Source of the DNA: a virus
Virus record (IMG/VR): IMGVR_UViG_3300013131_000021
Reading direction: 5' to 3' (one strand)
Length of the DNA: 64,000 bases
Shown here: piece by piece, positions 59,319 to 64,000 of the stretch
Position numbering within the stretch: position 1 is the stretch's first letter
Layout: each line of letters opens with the position of its first letter
Notes under the pieces: model-generated
The model's input: the letters and a program-made list of their open reading frames with translations, nothing else
Database searches by the model: none
What the model was told of the DNA's origin: nothing
Made by a program: the position numbers and the translations under genes

Positions 59319-61901
59319 TTAGTTTTGTCCTAGATCTCTATAATATCTAAATCCCACTCTTCTTTCTGCTGTATTCGATGTGGTTACAGTTTTCGCTTTA
59401 GCTGAAGGTGAAGAAGGTTTTGAATTAGCAACCGACGATGCATCTCCCGAAGATTGCGTAGAAGAATTACTGTTCGTATCAGTGATAACAGATTGTCTAG
59501 GTGCTTCTTCTTCTCCTACTTCTGTTGCATTATTATTAGATGAAGAAGTTGTCAATGATGTTTCGCCGTCTATCTTCTTATTCGCTTCTGGGCCCTGCGG
59601 ACCTGGCATTCTTACACATTTTAATTTTTGTTTCCACATGCCGTCTGAAAAAGTATTTTCAACTAAATTTACACGATAAATTCCGCCAAACGGACTTTCT
59701 TTCCCTGCAACTGAAAAATCATATAATCCTGTAACTTCATTGATATCTGCCGGGGTTCTAAAACTCAAATAGATGTAAACATTTCCTGATTCATAATTCA
59801 TAGTTCCATCATTGGTAATTTGACTGGTATCAGATGGAGAAGTGGCAAAATAATTTCCTATACCACTGTCAACCAACCAATATGGATCTCCCATAATCTC
59901 TAAATCAATAGATACTAAATCTGCACTACCGCCACTGATAAATGCCTGTTGAAAATTTTCGGCGATATTTTGTTCGGTAGTTTTATCTGGGTTTCCTCCC
60001 TTGTATCCTTTTAGAAGTCTTGCATCTCTTTTAGTTCTAGCTCGACCGGCATGCGCTGCCTGAGCTGCAGGTGCTTGACCTTTTCCAGTTTGTGTAGTTT
60101 TATTTTTTTGTTCTGAGAGTTTTTGATCTTGATTACTAGTTTTTGCAGCTTGATTTTCCGAAACAGGATTCGATCCTGTAAAAAAAAGATTATTGATATT
60201 AATATCAAATTTTAATACATCTACATTTTGACCTGTATATATGTATTGATATTCTTTGACGATTTTCTTCATTAGTTCTGCATATCCAAAAGGTGCAGAA
60301 TTAACATTGCTATAAATGCTTTGATGAACATAATAAGGCACTACTCTATATGTTATTTTTCTAGCATAATCTCCAACTAAAGGATCTAAATTAAGTAATT
60401 CCATTTGCGCATCTAATTTGAACCACTTATAAAATCCCTCAGGCGTAGTTCCAAATCCCCCTTTATCTTTTGATAGAATAGCCCGTTTGGCATAATCGGA
60501 ACTCAGCACGACTTGATTAATGATAGAGGTCAGTGTCTCTCCTTGTCCAAATTGAAAAGCTCTTGCTTTAGGATCTATGGTCATACCATCTCTTTTTACC
60601 ACTCCGGTCGCCGAATCGTATTGATCTCCTGCACGTTTAAAAAGGATGTTGCCGCCTCTTAACTGATTATAACCTAAACTTGCTTCTCCTATTTCGTTAA
60701 CAGGTAAATCACTTTGTTCTGTATCTGTGGCTCCGCCTGAGATTGTAATATTACTAGATGCCAGCGGATTTACTGTTGCTTTTTTATCTGCGGGGGGACT
60801 TCCTGCAGAGGAATACCAATCGCTTGACAATTTAGGAAACTGCACTGAATAAACATCTGGTATTGAAATTCTTTCTTCTTGAACTAATTTTTTTTCATTT
60901 CTATTCAATACCGAAGAAAGGCTATCCTTACTAGATTGCAAAACCTCAACTACATTACCTTTACCGTTAAGATCTCCGGAAATTTTAAGATCATTATAAG
61001 TGACATTGATTGCACTAGAAAAAGCTTGATGATTATAAGGAAAGGCTTCAACTGCATACGTCGATCCTCCTTCGTTTACTGAAAACTTCATCGTAGCTAA
61101 TCGCAAAACAAAAAACTTAGGAACTATAGATTTTATAATTTTACCTAATTCGTCATAGCCTATTATATCCATTCTTAAAACATAAGGAGTATTGTCGAGA
61201 TAACTTAAGAACCCGGCTTTAATTGCTGCGTTCTGCATACTCTGTAAAAGTAATCCCATAGAGTGAGGTTCAACTATTTCAAAAGTAAATTTTATTGCGT
61301 TGGTATTGCCGGTTTTTTCATTCGATCCTATCACACAATTCATCTGGAAGTTGTTTACAAAATATTCCGGAGCTCCGAAGAATGTATTCACTCGCTGAGA
61401 ATCAAATCTTCCTCCAGAAGAAAAAACTATGTTTTGCAATGCTTGGGGACTTGATCTATAACTATCTGGATTGTTTAGTTGTGCAGGAGTAAGAGCAGCC
61501 AATGTCCATAACACAGAATAAGAAGCAAATTGCTCCATGGGATTGTCAACTATACTAGGCAAACGTTTGATAGCATAAGACGCTGTGGTTCTATTGCTTG
61601 GCACGGTAGAAGAATTACCGTTTATCAACGCATCTGTAGCTCTCGGTTCGGCAAAATTTGTTATAATCTGTGCCTGCCCTAAACCTAATACCGATCCTCC
61701 TGGAACGTTTACTATAGGAGTACCATCTGGTTTTTTAGCAATAGATTCGTTGCCGAGATCTCTTGTTAATGCTAAACGATTAGCACCTCCTTCGCCGAAT
61801 CCGGATGATTCTGTTAAATTTTTATTTAAAGCTTCATTTCTAGCTCTTGCTGCCGCTTGTTGCTCTGGAGTCCATTCTTTTGTCGGTGGGCCGAAGGTCA
61901 T
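59319..61901 (-). CDS. baseplate hub protein (gp27/late-control D-like)
   Basis: Located between the gp53-like and gp5-like genes. C-terminal DLEIMGDPY...IYL.FRTP...GIYRV..VEN.FSDG.WKQ.L pattern of hub proteins. Confidence 0.6.
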   Translation of the reverse strand: MTFGPPTKEWTPEQQAAARARNEALNKNLTESSGFGEGGANRLALTRDLGNESIAKKPDGTPIVNVPGGSVLGLGQAQIITNFAEPRATDALINGNSSTVPSNRTTASYAIKRLPSIVDNPMEQFASYSVLWTLAALTPAQLNNPDSYRSSPQALQNIVFSSGGRFDSQRVNTFFGAPEYFVNNFQMNCVIGSNEKTGNTNAIKFTFEIVEPHSMGLLLQSMQNAAIKAGFLSYLDNTPYVLRMDIIGYDELGKIIKSIVPKFFVLRLATMKFSVNEGGSTYAVEAFPYNHQAFSSAINVTYNDLKISGDLNGKGNVVEVLQSSKDSLSSVLNRNEKKLVQEERISIPDVYSVQFPKLSSDWYSSAGSPPADKKATVNPLASSNITISGGATDTEQSDLPVNEIGEASLGYNQLRGGNILFKRAGDQYDSATGVVKRDGMTIDPKARAFQFGQGETLTSIINQVVLSSDYAKRAILSKDKGGFGTTPEGFYKWFKLDAQMELLNLDPLVGDYARKITYRVVPYYVHQSIYSNVNSAPFGYAELMKKIVKEYQYIYTGQNVDVLKFDININNLFFTGSNPVSENQAAKTSNQDQKLSEQKNKTTQTGKGQAPAAQAAHAGRARTKRDARLLKGYKGGNPDKTTEQNIAENFQQAFISGGSADLVSIDLEIMGDPYWLVDSGIGNYFATSPSDTSQITNDGTMNYESGNVYIYLSFRTPADINEVTGLYDFSVAGKESPFGGIYRVNLVENTFSDGMWKQKLKCVRMPGPQGPEANKKIDGETSLTTSSSNNNATEVGEEEAPRQSVITDTNSNSSTQSSGDASSVANSKPSSPSAKAKTVTTSNTAERRVGFRYYRDLGQN

Positions 61902-61902
61902 C

Positions 61903-62202
61903 TTAGACTCCTAAGAATTTTTCTAAGTTGCTTTTCTTAGGAAGATAAATGACCTTACCTGGCACAAAATCGTAGATAGGATCTTTGATAACACTTAAAT
62001 TTCTTTGTATTAATACCCACCACAATTTAGAATTGTTATAAACATCGTAGGCAAGAAGATCAGGACGATGCTTATAATGATTTTCTATAACATATTGAAA
62101 ATCATCCTTTTCAGCAGGTATAGGTCTAATTTCTAATAATTCTAAATATAAAGAATTCTGTGGGGTTGAAGACCAAGGACTCCCGTTGCCATAAATTGCC
62201 AT
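61903..62202 (-). CDS. gp53: baseplate wedge subunit, gp53/LysM-like
   Basis: YKHRPDLLAYDVYNNSKLWWV, the gp53/LysM signature. Confidence 0.8.
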   Translation of the reverse strand: MAIYGNGSPWSSTPQNSLYLELLEIRPIPAEKDDFQYVIENHYKHRPDLLAYDVYNNSKLWWVLIQRNLSVIKDPIYDFVPGKVIYLPKKSNLEKFLGV

Positions 62203-63323
62203 TAGATGTATCCTACTCCTTCGTTTTTAGCCATCGCGCCGGTGGCATAATCTTTTAGATTAAATTGTCTCATTCTTTGTCTATTGTATATAGGAGATAC
62301 AGTAACAGATATTGTGCTCATTACTGGCACCCAGGTATTAGTACCAAATGTATTACATCTAATATAATTTGTATCATCCTTAAGGTCTACCGAAAACGAT
62401 TTAACTATAACTGGAACTTTATCAAATATACTAGATCCATATCCGGTAAGATTGCATATTAATGGCGGGGCTCCGGCATATTCGCCTTGGCCAAAAAACA
62501 TTTTAGTGGCTGTCTTAAAGAATGTTGTGGCAGCTATCCAATAAGCTGCGTCTGTTTCAGTTTCGCAACTGAAATCTCCGCTGATTTGAATATCGTCCAC
62601 CATACTTCCTTTGTAAGCATAATTGGTGTAATTACTATGAACAGTGTTTATAGCTGTATAATCCGCCTTGGTGGAAACGGTTATATTAGGCATATAAGGC
62701 CAAACAACACCGCCTGTTTCTTCTAAAACTTTAAATAATCCACTGTTAAACAAATTCCATTGACAAGTTATTCTTACCCTCCAATCATTTTTAGCGCCAG
62801 GTTCTAACTGTATGGCTGTGCCTTGTTTTATAAATGCTTCTGCTCCGGCAGGAATATTTGCTCCTCTTCTTAGGCTAAGTATATTGTTGAGAGTTCCTGC
62901 TGCTGCACTGATATTTGTAGCTAACCCTTGTAATCCGCCTGCTAAATTGCCTCCGGTGAGTTTACTGATACTGCCGGCAATATCGGCAGTAAGATTAGAA
63001 GTCGATCCTGCAACAGATTGTAATGAATCTAAAACTTTGTTAGCATTGCTAGTAACGCTGTTTCCTATTCCTCTCAAGGCTGTCTGGCCAGCGACTCCTA
63101 CGCTACCGAAACCGCCATTTTGGAATCCGCCACCGGTGCTGGCTAGGCCATTAAGTCCGGAATTCAGTCCTCCGGACAATTGTGAAATTTTACTATCTAA
63201 GTTTGCTTTTGATACTTTAGAGCTTATATCAGGTATTGCGGTAGAAAGAGCGTTGGTAGTTCTAGATGTAACTTCTGATATACCTGCAACTAACTTAGCT
63301 AAAGGATTAATGGATAAGGGCAT
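62202..63323 (-). CDS. baseplate tail-tube initiator/cap, gp48/gp54-like
   Basis: C-terminal tube-fold pattern (VWPY.P.I, IQISGDF, PPLI.NL.GYG, VP.IVKSFSVD). N-terminal Gly/Ser/Ala-rich extension. Syntenic with the gp53-like gene. Confidence 0.65.
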   Translation of the reverse strand: MPLSINPLAKLVAGISEVTSRTTNALSTAIPDISSKVSKANLDSKISQLSGGLNSGLNGLASTGGGFQNGGFGSVGVAGQTALRGIGNSVTSNANKVLDSLQSVAGSTSNLTADIAGSISKLTGGNLAGGLQGLATNISAAAGTLNNILSLRRGANIPAGAEAFIKQGTAIQLEPGAKNDWRVRITCQWNLFNSGLFKVLEETGGVVWPYMPNITVSTKADYTAINTVHSNYTNYAYKGSMVDDIQISGDFSCETETDAAYWIAATTFFKTATKMFFGQGEYAGAPPLICNLTGYGSSIFDKVPVIVKSFSVDLKDDTNYIRCNTFGTNTWVPVMSTISVTVSPIYNRQRMRQFNLKDYATGAMAKNEGVGYI

Positions 63324-63351
63324 TTTGAGCAGATTTCCTAGTCATATAGTC

Positions 63352-63359
63352 TATTTATT
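63352..63359 (-). promoter_or_regulatory. late promoter AATAAATA heading the baseplate operon
   Basis: 28 nt before ATG 63323, in the divergent intergenic region. Confidence 0.55.
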
Positions 63360-63407
63360 ATGACAAAAATGTGCTATTATATTAATAACTACGGAGATTT
63401 ACATTTA

Positions 63408-64000
63408 ATGAATGTACCTAAAATAAAATACCTAACTAACAAAGACTTATTGAAAGAAATACATTTAAGTAAAAATACATATTGTTCCTTTACTAAAAGT
63501 GAATATTCAGAATACGATCTTATCGTGTCTAATTTAGAAAAACTGAATATCAGAACTATCGCTGAGGCTAAAAGAAATCGAGCTTCTAGGCTAGCTAAAG
63601 AAGCGCACGAGGCCGCAGTATTAGCAGGCGGTAAAAAACTACCTGCAAAAGATTTTGAAATAGATTATAAAAAAATTAACAAACACGATTTAGTATTCCG
63701 TGTTATGACATTTGAACACGTACCGCTGGCACCGGGTCGAAAAAAGACTCTTAAAAATACTGCAGACAGTCATGAAAAAGTTAATTTTCCTCCATTTCAA
63801 CATTGGAAATTTGATGATAACGACAATCTTATCTGCGTAGGTAAAAGCCATTGGAAGGGCGGATTAAAAACCGGAACCTTCAATAAAGAACACGGGCAGA
63901 TGACTAACAACCTAGCTCGCATGTTTTTAAAATTGTGTGATCGTTATGCTACTAGAGGCAACGTTCGAGGTTATACCTACAACGACGAAATGAAAGGCCA
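63408..64000 (+). CDS. gp55: T4 gp55-like late-transcription sigma factor (3'-truncated by the window edge)
   Basis: Not in the ORF track. My translation from ATG 63408 is open to the window end: MNVPKIKYLTNKDLLKEIH...QMTNNLARMFLKLCDRYATRGNVRGYTYNDEMKG. This matches the gp55 motifs Y..N..L..I, KI...Y..R.N...YTY.DEM. GGAG lies upstream. Confidence 0.75.
   Translation, partial: MNVPKIKYLTNKDLLKEIHLSKNTYCSFTKSEYSEYDLIVSNLEKLNIRTIAEAKRNRASRLAKEAHEAAVLAGGKKLPAKDFEIDYKKINKHDLVFRVMTFEHVPLAPGRKKTLKNTADSHEKVNFPPFQHWKFDDNDNLICVGKSHWKGGLKTGTFNKEHGQMTNNLARMFLKLCDRYATRGNVRGYTYNDEMKG

Noticed and set aside
30478-63363. Many 60-180 aa + strand ORFs within the structural region (e.g. 34996-35505, 44295-44753, 62812-63363)
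   Set aside because: All lie antisense to long, motif-bearing minus-strand genes and reflect their codon bias. No RBS or motif support.
1-64000. tRNA, rRNA, group I/II introns, inteins and Rho-independent terminators
   Set aside because: Intergenic gaps are almost all under 90 bp. No cloverleaf, no intein C...HN motifs and no convincing GC stem plus U-tract were found by eye; a covariance-model scan would be needed to exclude them formally.

Overview
AT-rich segment of a large T4-related myophage genome, probably a jumbo phage with a GAP32/PBECO4-like baseplate gene order. No tRNA, rRNA or CRISPR array was seen. Four blocks can be read. (1) 1-13.2 kb, + strand: a 7-deazaguanine DNA-modification cluster (TGT-like DpdA, a QueD paralogue with an LxxxHRHxF motif, FolE, QueE). 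It is interleaved with a GT-B glycosyltransferase, an NDP-sugar epimerase/dehydratase, an MBD4-like DNA glycosylase, a very acidic small protein, cupin/PRTase/HIT genes, an AT-rich oxygenase/GT-like/DegT cassette and a free-standing GIY-YIG endonuclease. No QueC and no canonical QueD occur in the window. (2) 13.2-17.5 kb, + strand: an RNase H/5'-3' exonuclease and conserved hypothetical genes. (3) 17.5-63.3 kb, - strand: a late structural region with baseplate genes (gp48/54-, gp53-, hub-, gp5-, gp25-, gp6-like), a 4733-aa wedge-associated protein and six fibre-type genes. It ends in a tightly coupled 10-gene operon of four glycosyltransferase-like and four radical-SAM genes that starts at its own TAAATA late promoter. 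(4) 63.4 kb to the end: a truncated gp55-like late sigma factor absent from the supplied ORF track. The best candidates for undescribed systems are a late virion-glycosylation/modification operon and a possibly glycosylated 7-deazaguanine DNA base. All product calls come from motif recognition by eye; no database searches were run.
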